A stretch of 63,522 nt of DNA, the filler included. It is 6 parts of 6 records of this genome, joined end to end, with 100 filler letters (N's around TTAATTAATTAA, not from the genome) between each part and the next. Parts side by side here need not be neighbours in the genome. Positions count along the whole stretch, not along the records: positions 1 to 9,286 come from SRR20825010_2945; positions 9,387 to 14,860 come from SRR20825010_2947; 4 more parts are not named here. One strand, given 5' to 3'. A program made the translations under genes and the position numbers. How positions within the stretch are numbered: the stretch's first letter is position 1; each line of letters begins with the position of its first letter. Shown one piece after another: positions 1 through 10,077 of the stretch. A model generated the notes under the pieces. That model saw nothing but the letters and a program-made list of their open reading frames with translations. It was not told the DNA's origin and did no database searches.

Positions 1-666
1 CGTCGTATCTCCCTGGGTATCAAGCAGTGTCAGTCCAACCCGTGGGATGCCTTCGAGCAGAAGTACCAGAAAGGCGAGCGCATCAGCGGCAAAATCAAGT
101 CCATCACTGACTTCGGCATCTTCATCGGCCTGGAAGGCGGTATCGATGGTCTGGTTCACCTGTCCGACATTTCCTGGGAAGAGCAGGGCGAAGACGCCGT
201 GCGTAACTTCAACAAGGGCGATGAGCTGGAAACCGTGGTACTTTCTATCGACGCAGAGCGCGAAAGAATTTCCTTGGGTATCAAGCAGTTGACAGATGAT
301 CCGTTTGCTCAGTATGTTGCTGCTAACGATAAGGGCGCAATTGTTAAGGGCGTAGTGAAAGCAGTCGACGCGAAAGCGGCCACTGTTGAGCTGGCTGAGA
401 ACGTTGAAGGTACCCTGCGTGCCAGCGAAATCAGCCGCGATCGCGTTAACGATGCGACCGAGGTTCTCAAGGTCGGTGACGAGGTGGAAGCCAAAATCAC
501 CAACGTTGATCGTAAGAACCGTGTTCTCAGCTTGTCCATCAAGTCCAAGGATCAGGCTGATGAGCGTGAAGCCGTCGAAGGCCATCAGGAGCAGCAAGAC
601 GCTAACGCTCCGAAGACCATTGGCGACTTGATCAAGAAGCAAATGGAAAGCAGCAACGAGTCATAA
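1..666 (+). CDS. rpsA: 30S ribosomal protein S1, 3' part (runs off window start)
   Basis: Frame 1 is open from base 1; S1 repeats ([33 protein letters not shown]); followed by ihfB. Confidence 0.97.
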   Translation, partial: RRISLGIKQCQSNPWDAFEQKYQKGERISGKIKSITDFGIFIGLEGGIDGLVHLSDISWEEQGEDAVRNFNKGDELETVVLSIDAERERISLGIKQLTDDPFAQYVAANDKGAIVKGVVKAVDAKAATVELAENVEGTLRASEISRDRVNDATEVLKVGDEVEAKITNVDRKNRVLSLSIKSKDQADEREAVEGHQEQQDANAPKTIGDLIKKQMESSNES

Positions 667-733
667 ACGGCTCCTCCCGGGGGCCGGCATCGCGCCGGCC
701 CCACTGGGCTGGGAGCCCAGGGAGTAAGCTGTA

Positions 734-1084
734 ATGGCATTAACCAAGTCAGAACTGATTGAGCGCATTGCCGACCGGCAAGCGCAGCTGTCCCCCAAGG
801 ATGTGGAGCTGGCAGTCAAGACCTTGATCGAGCAAATGGCCGATTCCCTGGCCGGCGGTGGTCGCATTGAAATTCGCGGCTTCGGCAGTTTTTCCCTCCA
901 TTTCCGCGCCCCCCGCGTGGGTCGCAATCCCAAAACCGGTGCCAGCGTCGAGCTGCACGGTAAATACGTTCCTCACTTCAAACCTGGCAAAGAGCTCCGT
1001 GAGCGTGTCAATGAATCGCTGACAGACTCAGGCGAAGATGTTGATAATAACGGCAGTGACGGCAATCAAGCTGCCGCCAGTTAG
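734..1084 (+). CDS. ihfB: Integration host factor beta subunit
   Basis: TKSELIE...[27 protein letters not shown]...[14 protein letters not shown]; rpsA-ihfB synteny. Confidence 0.97.
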   Translation: MALTKSELIERIADRQAQLSPKDVELAVKTLIEQMADSLAGGGRIEIRGFGSFSLHFRAPRVGRNPKTGASVELHGKYVPHFKPGKELRERVNESLTDSGEDVDNNGSDGNQAAAS

Positions 1085-1126
1085 TGTTGCCCGGCTTTCG
1101 AGCCTGGCCAGAAAAGGACGTTCCCG

Positions 1127-1357
1127 ATGCGAAACCTTTACCGGATTCTGGTAATTCTGGCCGTTGTGGCCATTTTTCTTGTCGCCTTCCTCTTTGTTAC
1201 CAGCAATCGTGATCTGGTGATGATCGATCTCTTGGTGGATGCCTGGCAGTGGCAGGTCTCACTGGGCGTACTGGTGGTCTCTGTGCTGGCCATTGGCTTG
1301 CTGGTGGGCCTGCTGGCCGGGGTTGGCCTGCGTGGCATCAAGGGCCTGTTTTCATGA
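1127..1357 (+). CDS. lapA: LPS assembly protein A (LapA-like small membrane protein)
   Basis: Two hydrophobic helices; lies between ihfB and lapB; ATGA overlap with lapB. Confidence 0.75.
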   Translation: MRNLYRILVILAVVAIFLVAFLFVTSNRDLVMIDLLVDAWQWQVSLGVLVVSVLAIGLLVGLLAGVGLRGIKGLFS

Positions 1358-2523
1358 GCGAATCGTTGTGGCTGATTCCACTGTTTTTTGTGGCCATTTC
1401 TGCCGGTTTTTTCATGGGGCGGCGCGAAAGCAAGCGGCGCCAGCGCCGCCGCATGGCGTCTTTGTCCAAGGACTATGTGGCCGGTATTAACTTCTTCCTC
1501 AATGAAGAGCCGGACAAGGGCATCGAAGCCTTGCTCAATAGTCTGGATGTGAGCGAAGAGGGGCTGGAGACCCATCTGGCCCTGGGTAAGTTGTTCCGCA
1601 AGCGGGGCGAGTTTGACCGTGCCGCGCAGTTGCATACTCATCTGCTTGAACATGGCGACTATGGTCGGCCGGTGCAGGAAGAAATTCAGCTGGAGCTGGC
1701 ACAGGATTATCTGGCCAGCGGCATCTTTGATCTGGCCGAACAGGTACTGCTGGAAATGCTGGACCAGGATTGCCAGGCCAAAGATGAAGTGTGCGAACAA
1801 TTGATGGGCCTGTACGAACAGGAGCGTGACTGGGTCAACGCTATCAGCATGGGCGAGCGCCTGCTCAAGAACCGTGCGAACCTGGCGCCGGTGCTGGCCC
1901 AGTTCTGCTGTGAACAGGCGGAAACCCTGCGTCGGGACGGCGATACCAATCCGGCCCGCCGCATGCTGCGCCGGGCGCTGTCATTCGATAACCAGTGCGT
2001 GCGCGCCAGCCTGGCGGAAGGTGACCTGGAAATGGCGGAATCCAACTGGGGCACCGCGATTGATGCCTTTCAACGAGTCTGGAACCAAGACAGCGATTTC
2101 TTTGATGAAACACTGGAGCGCCTGCGACAGTGTTTTCAGCATCAGGAAAAGGAAGAAGATTTCATCCAGATGCTGGCCGATTACAGTGCAGAGAAACCCA
2201 GTACCACGCGTATCTTGTTGCTCTCTGAAACGTTAAAAGAGCGTTATGGTGACAAGGAAGCCGCGGATTTTATTCGTGAATATATGAAGGCCAACCCGTC
2301 CGTGCGGGGGCTCAACCGCATCATCGATATGAGCCTGGCCAGCACCGCCGAGGGTGAGGCCCGTGAGCATCTGGACATGCTCAAGCAGGTTTCGGAGAAG
2401 CTGCTGAGCGACAAGAGCCTGTACAAGTGCCGCCGCTGTGGCTTTGAAACGCCATTGATGCAATGGCGCTGCCCAAGCTGCAAGCGCTGGGGCACCATCA
2501 AGCCGGTGGTGAAGGAAGTTTAA
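1354..2523 (+). CDS. lapB: LPS assembly protein B (TPR + rubredoxin)
   Basis: N-terminal TM, Y..GINFFLNEEPDKG, TPRs, C-terminal CRRCGF...WRCPSC; start reassigned to ATG 1354. Confidence 0.95.
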   Translation: MSESLWLIPLFFVAISAGFFMGRRESKRRQRRRMASLSKDYVAGINFFLNEEPDKGIEALLNSLDVSEEGLETHLALGKLFRKRGEFDRAAQLHTHLLEHGDYGRPVQEEIQLELAQDYLASGIFDLAEQVLLEMLDQDCQAKDEVCEQLMGLYEQERDWVNAISMGERLLKNRANLAPVLAQFCCEQAETLRRDGDTNPARRMLRRALSFDNQCVRASLAEGDLEMAESNWGTAIDAFQRVWNQDSDFFDETLERLRQCFQHQEKEEDFIQMLADYSAEKPSTTRILLLSETLKERYGDKEAADFIREYMKANPSVRGLNRIIDMSLASTAEGEAREHLDMLKQVSEKLLSDKSLYKCRRCGFETPLMQWRCPSCKRWGTIKPVVKEV

Positions 2524-2597
2524 AGCAGCTACCAGCTGCCGCTGATTGGATTAAGAACCAGGGCGCTCCCTGGATTCCGGGGTTTCTGCGGAGCTGC

Positions 2598-2749
2598 TGT
2601 AGGAGTCCCGCTTGAGGGACGAACCGTGCGAAGCACGGAATCGATCCGCAGGGCGATCAGGCATTTTCGGGCTCTACGGGCCTCTAAAGAATGGTTTCCC
2701 TTTGGTGGCCTCGCTACGCTCGGTTCGCACCTCAAGCGGTGCTCCTACA
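2598..2749. repeat. Inverted pair of GTAG-type REP elements (REPIN/BIME-like)
   Basis: TGTAGGAGTCCCGCTTGAGGGACGAACC at 2598-2625 and inverted TGTAGGAGCACCGCTTGAGGTGCGAACC at 2722-2749. Confidence 0.8.
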
Positions 2750-2852
2750 AAAACCGCCTGCAGGACGATTAAAGCTTGCCACTGCCCATTCTTGAACCGC
2801 TTCTGCGCAGCGCCTACCATAGCCCCGCCTACCACCACTCAGGATCTCTGCC

Positions 2853-3548
2853 ATGCCCATTTCCAGCCCCGTTATTGTCGCACTGGACTATCCCGATGCA
2901 GCCCAGGCTTTGGCCATGGCCAAGCAACTGGATCCGGCCAAGGTGCGGGTAAAGGTGGGCAAGGAAATTTTTACCCGCAGTGGCCCGGTGGTGGTGGAGT
3001 CATTGCATAAGCTGGGTTTCGAGGTCTTTCTCGATCTGAAATTCCATGACATTCCCAATACCGTGGCGGGTGCTGTCGCTGCGGCTGCAGACATGGGCGT
3101 GTGGATGGTGAATGTACACGCCAGTGGCGGCCAGCGGATGATGGAAGGCGCGGCCAATGCCATCGCCAATCACAAGCAGCGTCCACACCTGATTGCCGTG
3201 ACGGTGTTGACCAGCATGGACGACAGCGACCTGCAGCAGGTGGGCGTGGTGGATGTGCCCAAGGTGCAGGTGCAGCGCCTGGCAGAGCTGGCTAAAGCCT
3301 CGGGCATGGATGGCGTGGTCTGTTCCGCCCAGGAAGCGGTAATGCTGAAGCAGGCCTGTGGACCCAGCTTTGAGCTGGTGACACCGGGCATTCGGCCGGA
3401 AGGGGCCGAGGCGGGGGACCAGCGTCGTGTATTAACGCCTGTGCAGGCTCGGGACGCTGGTGTGGATTACATGGTAATCGGCCGGCCCATCACCCAGTCC
3501 GCAACACCTACGGACGTAGTCGACGTTATATTACACAGCTTGGCATAG
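2853..3548 (+). CDS. pyrF: Orotidine 5'-phosphate decarboxylase
   Basis: [34 protein letters not shown] motifs. Confidence 0.98.
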   Translation: MPISSPVIVALDYPDAAQALAMAKQLDPAKVRVKVGKEIFTRSGPVVVESLHKLGFEVFLDLKFHDIPNTVAGAVAAAADMGVWMVNVHASGGQRMMEGAANAIANHKQRPHLIAVTVLTSMDDSDLQQVGVVDVPKVQVQRLAELAKASGMDGVVCSAQEAVMLKQACGPSFELVTPGIRPEGAEAGDQRRVLTPVQARDAGVDYMVIGRPITQSATPTDVVDVILHSLA

Positions 3549-3645
3549 CTTGCTTACAGTGCCGCTCGCCACAGGCGGATAACAGCGGCGTTGACCCCTC
3601 TCTAAGGTGGGATCTCCATTGAAAAAAGAGAACCGGAGATCTCAC

Positions 3646-4008
3646 ATGCAAAAACGTTACCTGGCAATTCTGCCTTTCCTGATGGCACTGACCATGTCAG
3701 CGGCGGCCGTTGAACTACAATCGGCGCCGACCTCTGACACCCTCAAGAGCGCATCTGCAGAACAAGCGGATCAGGCAGTGTCTGGCATTGCGACCGCCAA
3801 GGAAAAGAGCGAAGCCGCCATCAATTTAAACACTGCTGATATGGCCGAGCTGGAAACGTTGCACGGGGTTGGTCCGAAAACGGCCCAGGCGATTATCGAT
3901 TTTCGCGATACCCAGGGCGGCTTTACCAGCCCGGATCAGTTGCTGGCCATCAAGGGAATTGGCGAGAAAACGCTGGCGAAAATGCGCGACCAGATCGTGG
4001 TGCAATAG
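3646..4008 (+). CDS. comEA: ComEA-family helix-hairpin-helix DNA-binding protein
   Basis: Signal peptide; INLNTAD..EL.TL.GVG.K.A..II.FR...GGF; IKGIGEK; RBS GGAG before ATG 3646. Confidence 0.9.
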   Translation: MQKRYLAILPFLMALTMSAAAVELQSAPTSDTLKSASAEQADQAVSGIATAKEKSEAAINLNTADMAELETLHGVGPKTAQAIIDFRDTQGGFTSPDQLLAIKGIGEKTLAKMRDQIVVQ

Positions 4009-4065
4009 CGGGGGACATCAATCGCTGCGCGGGCGGCGCGCCCTGCGCAGCGATTTAGCAGTGAA

Positions 4066-5424
4066 TCAGGGGTGAGGTTCGTTGTCGTCATCGTCCTGAT
4101 GGTCGACGGCGCTGAGGTCGTCGGCACGGTCCACATCCAATTCAGGCCGCGGCGCCTTGGGAGGGGCGGGCTCGTTGCCTTCTTCGGACTTTTCTCCTTT
4201 CTCGCCTTTGCTTTCTTTCTCCTTGCTGGCTTTCTCTGCCTGCGCTTCCACTTCTTCGGTGCTCTTCTCTTCACCGATGCGGAAGGCGGCAAAACCGGCG
4301 TGGACTACCTGGTTGACCGCCATGCCGAGCACACGACCGTTGTAAGGGGCGATAATGGCGCTGCCGGTATTGCTGATCGGGTCGGTGACGGTGCCCAGGA
4401 TCTGGCCTTTCTTCACCTTGTCGTTGAGTTTCACTTCGGAGAGCAGAATCCCGCCCTGGCTGGCACGAATCCATTCTGATTCGAAGAACACAGGCTGTGG
4501 CGCGCTCCAGAAACGGCTGGCTTTGCGCATTTCCAGGTTTTCCAGCAGGGTCTCGATGGCTTGCACGCCGTAGTTCACCGCCTGGGTCTCCAGCCGGTTG
4601 GGGCCGCCCGCTTCCATGGTCACAGCAATAATGCCGTCTTTTACCGCTGCATCGCGGAGCATGCCGCTCACCCCTGGGCTGTGCAGAACAGTCATGCCGC
4701 CAAAGTGCTTGGCAAAGGCCACCACGTCCTGGTTATCCAGGTCTGCGCGCAGTTGGGGCAGGTTGACCCGCTTCTGGGAGCCGGTGTGCAGATCTACCAG
4801 ATAGTCACAGTGGCTGACGATATTGCTGAACAATGAAGAGGCCACGCGACTGGCGGCGCTGCCATTCTTGTTGCCGGGGAAGTAACGATTCAAATCGCGG
4901 CGGTCGCTCAGGTAGCGCGTGCCACTGCGAAAACCGTCCAGATTGACGATGGGGACACCAATCACGGTGCCCGCCAGCTGGTCCGGCTCCAGTTCGTACA
5001 TGAGCCGGCGAACCATCTCGATGCCGTTCAGCTCGTCACCATGGATGGCAGCGGTAAGGCACAGCTTGGGGCCGGGCTTGTCGCCGTGGGCCACCAGCAC
5101 AGGCACTGGCGTGGCAATGGATGCGAAGGATTGATCCGGCGTCCAGTGCAGGGTGGCGAAGGTCCCCGGTTCTACTGTCTGGCCCAGCAGGGGCAGGGGG
5201 GAGGGTTTTTCCGGCTCTGACTCGGCGTTGCCAGACTCTTCGTCTGCATCACCCTCGCTGGTATCTGCCCGGTGAGGGGGCTTGTTGGGCGTGTCGGCAT
5301 CGGTTTCCTGCTGCCGCTCCAGTGCGCGCTCTTCGTCTTCCACTTCTGTGGCCCAGACAGGCTGAGCCAGGGCGGTAAGCAATGACAGGATGCTCAAGGT
5401 TATCCATGACAGGCGTTTGTGCAC
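4066..5424 (-). CDS. Succinylglutamate desuccinylase/aspartoacylase (M14-like) family protein, exported
   Basis: AIHGDELNG, RDLNRYFPG, VDLHTG, TMEAGG motifs; signal peptide from GTG 5424 (RBS AAGGAG). Confidence 0.88.
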   Translation of the reverse strand: MHKRLSWITLSILSLLTALAQPVWATEVEDEERALERQQETDADTPNKPPHRADTSEGDADEESGNAESEPEKPSPLPLLGQTVEPGTFATLHWTPDQSFASIATPVPVLVAHGDKPGPKLCLTAAIHGDELNGIEMVRRLMYELEPDQLAGTVIGVPIVNLDGFRSGTRYLSDRRDLNRYFPGNKNGSAASRVASSLFSNIVSHCDYLVDLHTGSQKRVNLPQLRADLDNQDVVAFAKHFGGMTVLHSPGVSGMLRDAAVKDGIIAVTMEAGGPNRLETQAVNYGVQAIETLLENLEMRKASRFWSAPQPVFFESEWIRASQGGILLSEVKLNDKVKKGQILGTVTDPISNTGSAIIAPYNGRVLGMAVNQVVHAGFAAFRIGEEKSTEEVEAQAEKASKEKESKGEKGEKSEEGNEPAPPKAPRPELDVDRADDLSAVDHQDDDDNEPHP

Positions 5425-5480
5425 AACGGCTCCTTGCGTGTCGTTTTCCGTACGGCGGACGCGGCGCACCCGCGCCTGCG

Positions 5481-7361
5481 CTAGCCCTGTTGGTCCAGCT
5501 CATCCCAGCGGGAAAAAGCCTCTTCCAGTTGCTGCTCCAGCTCACTTTGCCGGGTTTGTGCGGCACTGATGTCAGCCGGCTCACCCTTGTAAAAATCCGG
5601 GTCGGACATGCGCGTCTGTACCGCGTCCAGATCCGCTTCCAGCTGTTCAATGCGAGCGGGTAATTGTTCCAGCTCCCGTTGATCCTTATATGACAGCTTC
5701 TTGCGGGCAGGCGCAGGCTTTTCCACTACCGCGGCCGGCTTGGCGGGTTTGACGGTTTTTTCCCGCCGGGGTTCCGGGCGTTGCCGTAACCAGTCCTGAT
5801 AACCGCCCACGTAACTGTTCAACCCACCGTGCTCGAAGACCAGGGTGGAGGTCACCACATTGTCGATGAATTCCCGGTCATGGCTGACCAGCAGCAAGGT
5901 GCCCTGGTAGTTGATCAATTGTTCTTCCAGGAGTTCCAGGGTTTCTGCATCCAGATCGTTGGTGGGCTCATCGAGCACCAGCAGGTTGAACGGTTTGGTA
6001 AACAGTTTGGCCAGCAGCAGGCGGTTACGCTCGCCGCCGGACAGGGATTTCACCGGCTGGCGAACCCGGGCGGGGTCGAACAGAAAATCCTGCAGGTAGC
6101 CGATCACATGCTTGTTCTGGCCATTCAGGTTGATCACATCGGAGCCTTCGGCCACGTTGTCGATCACGCTCTTTTCTTCGTCCAGGGTATCGCGCAGCTG
6201 GTCGAAGTAGGCCACCTGAAGTTGAGTGCCTTGTTTGACGGTACCGGCATCCGGGGCCAGCCGATCCAGCAACAGGCGAATCAGGGTGGATTTACCACAC
6301 CCGTTCGGGCCAAGAATGCCCACCCGGTCGCCTCGCATCAGGGCCACGGAAAAGTCGCGGACAATCTGTTTGCCGCCCACGGCATAGCTGATGTTGTCAG
6401 CTTCCACCACAACCTTGCCGGAGTTGTCGCTGCTCTGGATGGTGAGGCTGGCGGTGCCGGTGCGGCTGCGGCGCTGGGAAAATTCGTCGCGCATGGCTTT
6501 CAGGGCCCGCACCCGGCCTTCATTGCGGGTGCGGCGGGCCTTGATGCCCTGGCGAATCCATTTTTCTTCCTGGCTCAGTTTTTTGTCGAACTCGGCATTG
6601 GCTTTTTCTTCCGCATCCAGCGCCGCTTGTTTGCCGCTCAGGTACTTTTCATAACTGCCGGGCCAACTGGTCAGTTTGCCGCGATCCAGCTCGATGATGC
6701 GGGTAGCCAGTGAACGAATGAAGGCCCGGTCGTGGGAAATAAACACCAGGGTGGTGCCAAAATTTTTCAGGAACTCTTCCAGCCACTGGATGGATTCCAT
6801 GTCCAGGTGGTTAGTGGGCTCGTCCAGCAGCAGGATGTCCGGATCCTGCACCAGGGCACGGGCCAGCAGTACGCGCCGCTTCATACCGCCGGAAAGGCCG
6901 GCGAAAGGCATGTCGCCGTCCAGATTGAGCTTGGACAGCACCGTGTCCACCCGCTGGGACAGCTGCCAGGCACCGCGGGCCTCGATTTCGCTACTCAGTT
7001 CTTCAAAACGGGCCAACACTTTGTCGTCCCCGTCGCCCAGATGGTGTACCAGTTCGGCGTGTTCGCTGAGCAGGGCGCCTTGCTCCCCCAGCCCTTCGGC
7101 CACCATGAAGTGCACGCTGTGTTCCTGGTCATCGGGCACTTCCTGTTCCAGCCGGGCCACACTCAGCCCCTGGGTCTTCTCGATCTGACCGTCATCGGCC
7201 TGAATTTCTTCGGCGATGACCTTCATCAGGGTAGACTTGCCCGCCCCGTTACGGCCGATCAGACACAGGCGCTCACCCACGTCGATGGACAGGTTGACGT
7301 GGTCCAGCAGCGGTTGTTGGCCATAACTGAGTTGAATGTCGCGAAGGGTAATGAGAGGCAT
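5481..7361 (-). CDS. uup: ABC-F family ATPase Uup
   Basis: Two ABC domains (GRNGAGKS/LSGG/LLLDEPTNHLD; GPNGCGKS/LSGGE/DEPTNDLD), WIRQGIKARRTRNEGRVRAL linker, C-terminal KLSYK coiled coil. Confidence 0.93.
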   Translation of the reverse strand: MPLITLRDIQLSYGQQPLLDHVNLSIDVGERLCLIGRNGAGKSTLMKVIAEEIQADDGQIEKTQGLSVARLEQEVPDDQEHSVHFMVAEGLGEQGALLSEHAELVHHLGDGDDKVLARFEELSSEIEARGAWQLSQRVDTVLSKLNLDGDMPFAGLSGGMKRRVLLARALVQDPDILLLDEPTNHLDMESIQWLEEFLKNFGTTLVFISHDRAFIRSLATRIIELDRGKLTSWPGSYEKYLSGKQAALDAEEKANAEFDKKLSQEEKWIRQGIKARRTRNEGRVRALKAMRDEFSQRRSRTGTASLTIQSSDNSGKVVVEADNISYAVGGKQIVRDFSVALMRGDRVGILGPNGCGKSTLIRLLLDRLAPDAGTVKQGTQLQVAYFDQLRDTLDEEKSVIDNVAEGSDVINLNGQNKHVIGYLQDFLFDPARVRQPVKSLSGGERNRLLLAKLFTKPFNLLVLDEPTNDLDAETLELLEEQLINYQGTLLLVSHDREFIDNVVTSTLVFEHGGLNSYVGGYQDWLRQRPEPRREKTVKPAKPAAVVEKPAPARKKLSYKDQRELEQLPARIEQLEADLDAVQTRMSDPDFYKGEPADISAAQTRQSELEQQLEEAFSRWDELDQQG

Positions 7362-7673
7362 ACTGTATAAATCCAGGCATCAGGCAAAACGCAGCACACA
7401 ACACGGTATACACAGGACAATGGCAAGGCGTGAGAATCAGTGCCTCGCGCCTGAGCCTTTAAGGGCGGAGAATAGCGGCCGGATAAGCGCGGTTTGTCCC
7501 GTGTTGAAGCGTGTTGCGTGCAGCATCTATCTAATTGAACGCGCAGTGTAGCAGCTTGTTACGGGCGTGTACTGGTACTTGGCGCCAGGCCGCTTCAGCA
7601 TGGTCTGGCAAAGAAAGGCTGGCGGCAGGGCCGCCGCAGGACAAGAAAGAGCAAGGAAGGGAAGGGAGGGGCA

Positions 7674-8792
7674 ATGTCGGAGTTTTTGCGCGAACGCTAC
7701 GAAGAGGTGGATCTGACGCCGGGGCAGGGCAAGATCACGGCGACGATTTCCATCGGGCTGGGTTTTTTGGCGCTGCTGGGCAGTTTCTGTTTTCTTTATC
7801 CGGAACTGTTTACCACGCCTGAATTCAGGGCTTTCTACAATGCCGAGGTGTTGCGCATCGCCTTGTTTATTGGCATTGGTATCGGGTTTACCTGCGGCTT
7901 CTTTAGTGTTTTCCGCCACCAGGAGCGTCGTTACGGCATCATCGGTATGGTGCTGGCTTGCATGGCTGCGCTTATTGGTTCCGGGCGTTTGGATGTGTCG
8001 CCGGTGGATGGCCGCAGCCTCTATGCCGGCCTGGATTATTTTATCCTGACGCTGCTGGTGCTGGGGTTGGTCTTTATTCCGCTGGAGCGTGCCTACCCGA
8101 AGAATCGGGAACAGAAGACCCTGCGCGGTGGCTGGGTGACGGATATGAAGTACTTCCTGTTCAGCCACGTGGCTCTGCAGTTGATCAGCTTTTTTACCAT
8201 TATTCCGATTCAGGTGTTGCTGCACGACAAGGTGCATATCGGCTTCCAGCAGGCCATCGCCAGCCAGCCCCTGTGGCTGCAGTTTATTGAAATTCTGATT
8301 GTGATCGATCTGGGCAGTTACTGGATTCACCGTGCCTTCCATGAAGTGCCCTGGTTATGGAAATTCCACGCCGTGCACCATTCCACTACCCAGATGGACT
8401 GGCTGGCTTCATCGCGCCTGCATGTGGTGGAAATCATCGCCAATCGTTTTGTTGGCTATCTGCCGATCTTTATCCTCGGCTTCTCGCCCTCGGCAGTGTA
8501 TGCCTATCTGGTGTTCGTCTCGTTTCATGCCATCTTTATCCATGCCAATGTGCGTTTCCGGTTCCCGGGCGTGCGCTGGCTGATCGCGACGCCGGAATTC
8601 CACCATTGGCATCATTCCTCGGAAGACGAAGCCGTGGACAAAAACTACGCCGCCTTCCTGCCCATCTACGATAAACTGTTCGGCACCCTGATCATGCCGG
8701 ACCGGCTGGCCAGCGAGTACGGTACGCGTGCCAGCACCCAGGTGCCGGAAGGGGTGGTCAAACAGTTCCTGTTCCCGTTTCGGCGGGGCTGA
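7674..8792 (+). CDS. Sterol desaturase/fatty acid hydroxylase family membrane protein
   Basis: His boxes HRAFH, HAVHH, HAN, HHWHH; several TM segments. Confidence 0.9.
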   Translation: MSEFLRERYEEVDLTPGQGKITATISIGLGFLALLGSFCFLYPELFTTPEFRAFYNAEVLRIALFIGIGIGFTCGFFSVFRHQERRYGIIGMVLACMAALIGSGRLDVSPVDGRSLYAGLDYFILTLLVLGLVFIPLERAYPKNREQKTLRGGWVTDMKYFLFSHVALQLISFFTIIPIQVLLHDKVHIGFQQAIASQPLWLQFIEILIVIDLGSYWIHRAFHEVPWLWKFHAVHHSTTQMDWLASSRLHVVEIIANRFVGYLPIFILGFSPSAVYAYLVFVSFHAIFIHANVRFRFPGVRWLIATPEFHHWHHSSEDEAVDKNYAAFLPIYDKLFGTLIMPDRLASEYGTRASTQVPEGVVKQFLFPFRRG

Positions 8793-8829
8793 AGGTAAAT
8801 TTCCCACAGCAACCCTGAAAGTTGAATGT

Positions 8830-9237
8830 ATGGATGACGTGATAGACATGCTGCGCGAACGCCATGACGGCGGTCTTGTCGCGTTGGAGCTACCGGACGA
8901 AGACCGGTTGGTGGAAATCGAAGAACAGTTGTTGATCTCCCTGCCGGGGGACTACAAGGAGTTCCTGCTCAACGCCAGTGACATCGTCTGTGGCAGCCTG
9001 GAGCCAGCCACGGTGATGGACGACTACGCCCACAACTTCCTCCCGGAAATGGCCGCCAACGCCTGGGATCAGGGCTTGCCGCGATACCTGATTCCCGTTT
9101 GTGAGGCTTCCACCGGCATCTACGCCATGTCTCAGGAAGGCGAAGTAGTGCTGTGGGAGCCGGGTAGCGGCATCAACGAAGACGAGGTGTGGGGCAGCAT
9201 TTGGCAATGGGCCAGAGAAATCTGGCTGGAAAGCTAA
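8830..9237 (+). CDS. SMI1/KNR4 family protein
   Basis: LVEIEEQL...LP.DYKEFL and C-terminal W.SIWQW; ATG 8830. Confidence 0.85.
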   Translation: MDDVIDMLRERHDGGLVALELPDEDRLVEIEEQLLISLPGDYKEFLLNASDIVCGSLEPATVMDDYAHNFLPEMAANAWDQGLPRYLIPVCEASTGIYAMSQEGEVVLWEPGSGINEDEVWGSIWQWAREIWLES

Positions 9238-9260
9238 CCCAAAGCCATCAACATGTCCCC

Positions 9261-9286
9261 TGTAGGAGTTCCCTTCCAGGGGACGA
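9261..9286 (+). repeat. Third GTAG-type REP copy, at the contig break
   Basis: TGTAGGAGTTCCCTTCCAGGGGACGA resembles the 2598 element and is truncated by the N run. Confidence 0.65.
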
Positions 9287-9386
9287 NNNNNNNNNNNNNN
9301 NNNNNNNNNNNNNNNNNNNNNNNNNNNNNNTTAATTAATTAANNNNNNNNNNNNNNNNNNNNNNNNNNNNNNNNNNNNNNNNNNNN
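9287..9386. other. Artificial contig linker
   Basis: N run + TTAATTAATTAA (stops in all six frames) + N run. Confidence 0.99.
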
Positions 9387-9559
9387 CCTTGAATGAAGAG
9401 GTGAATTCACTTTCTGAGCAGTGGGAACAGTTGTCAGCCGAGGAGGAACAGTTACAATCTCTGAAAGAAGATCTGTTTAAGAAACCAGGCTACAAATCAC
9501 AGACAGACGAACCTGATCAGTTTCAGGCTTCCGATGCGGAAATGGATCAAGACCCATAA
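9387..9559 (+). CDS. 3' end of a hypothetical coiled-coil protein
   Basis: Open frame LNEEVNSLSEQWEQLSAEEEQLQSLKED...QDP* running from the contig edge. Confidence 0.55.
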
Positions 9560-9603
9560 ACACAATACCGCCTGCTCAATCTAACAGGAGACGTATTAGA
9601 AAC

Positions 9604-10077
9604 ATGTTGATTTTCTGGTGCGTCTCTTTTTTATTGGCCGCTTACATACTGATTCTCTGCGTCAACTGGATTTCGAAACCCGCGACTCAACCGGGCACGA
9701 TTAATGGCAGACTCGCTCCCTGCCCTGAATCTCCCAACTGTGTCTGTTCGCAGGACCAGAGCGAACTGCATCAGATTGCCCCGCTGCCCTTCACCGGAAC
9801 AGTGGCTGAAGCCCGTCAGCGTCTGCTGGATATGCTCAAACAACAGCGGGGATGCCTGATTGTGACCCAGGAGGGTGATTACTTGAGGGCCGAATTTCGT
9901 TCCTTTCTCTTCGGTTTTGTGGACGACGTTGAGTTTCTGTTTGATTCCCGTCAGAATGTGATCCAGGTCCGCTCCGCATCCCGTATCGGCCATTCGGATC
10001 TGGGTGTGAACCGGAAACGAATCGAAACCATTCGCACATTATTTTCTCGCGAAGATCATTCAGCTTCTGACAAATGA
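9604..10077 (+). CDS. DUF1499 family protein
   Basis: LAPCPESPNCVCSQ, FGFVDDVEF, RSASRIGHSDLGVNRKRIE. Confidence 0.92.
   Translation: MLIFWCVSFLLAAYILILCVNWISKPATQPGTINGRLAPCPESPNCVCSQDQSELHQIAPLPFTGTVAEARQRLLDMLKQQRGCLIVTQEGDYLRAEFRSFLFGFVDDVEFLFDSRQNVIQVRSASRIGHSDLGVNRKRIETIRTLFSREDHSASDK

Noticed and set aside
669-718. GC-rich hairpin between rpsA and ihfB as an ncRNA
   Set aside because: Short intercistronic stem in a conserved operon; no evidence beyond an mRNA-stabilising structure
2612-3010. 132-aa ORF upstream of pyrF
   Set aside because: Runs through the REP doublet and overlaps pyrF out of frame
9331-9342. TTAATTAATTAA motif recurring five times
   Set aside because: Synthetic all-frame-stop linker within N runs, not biological
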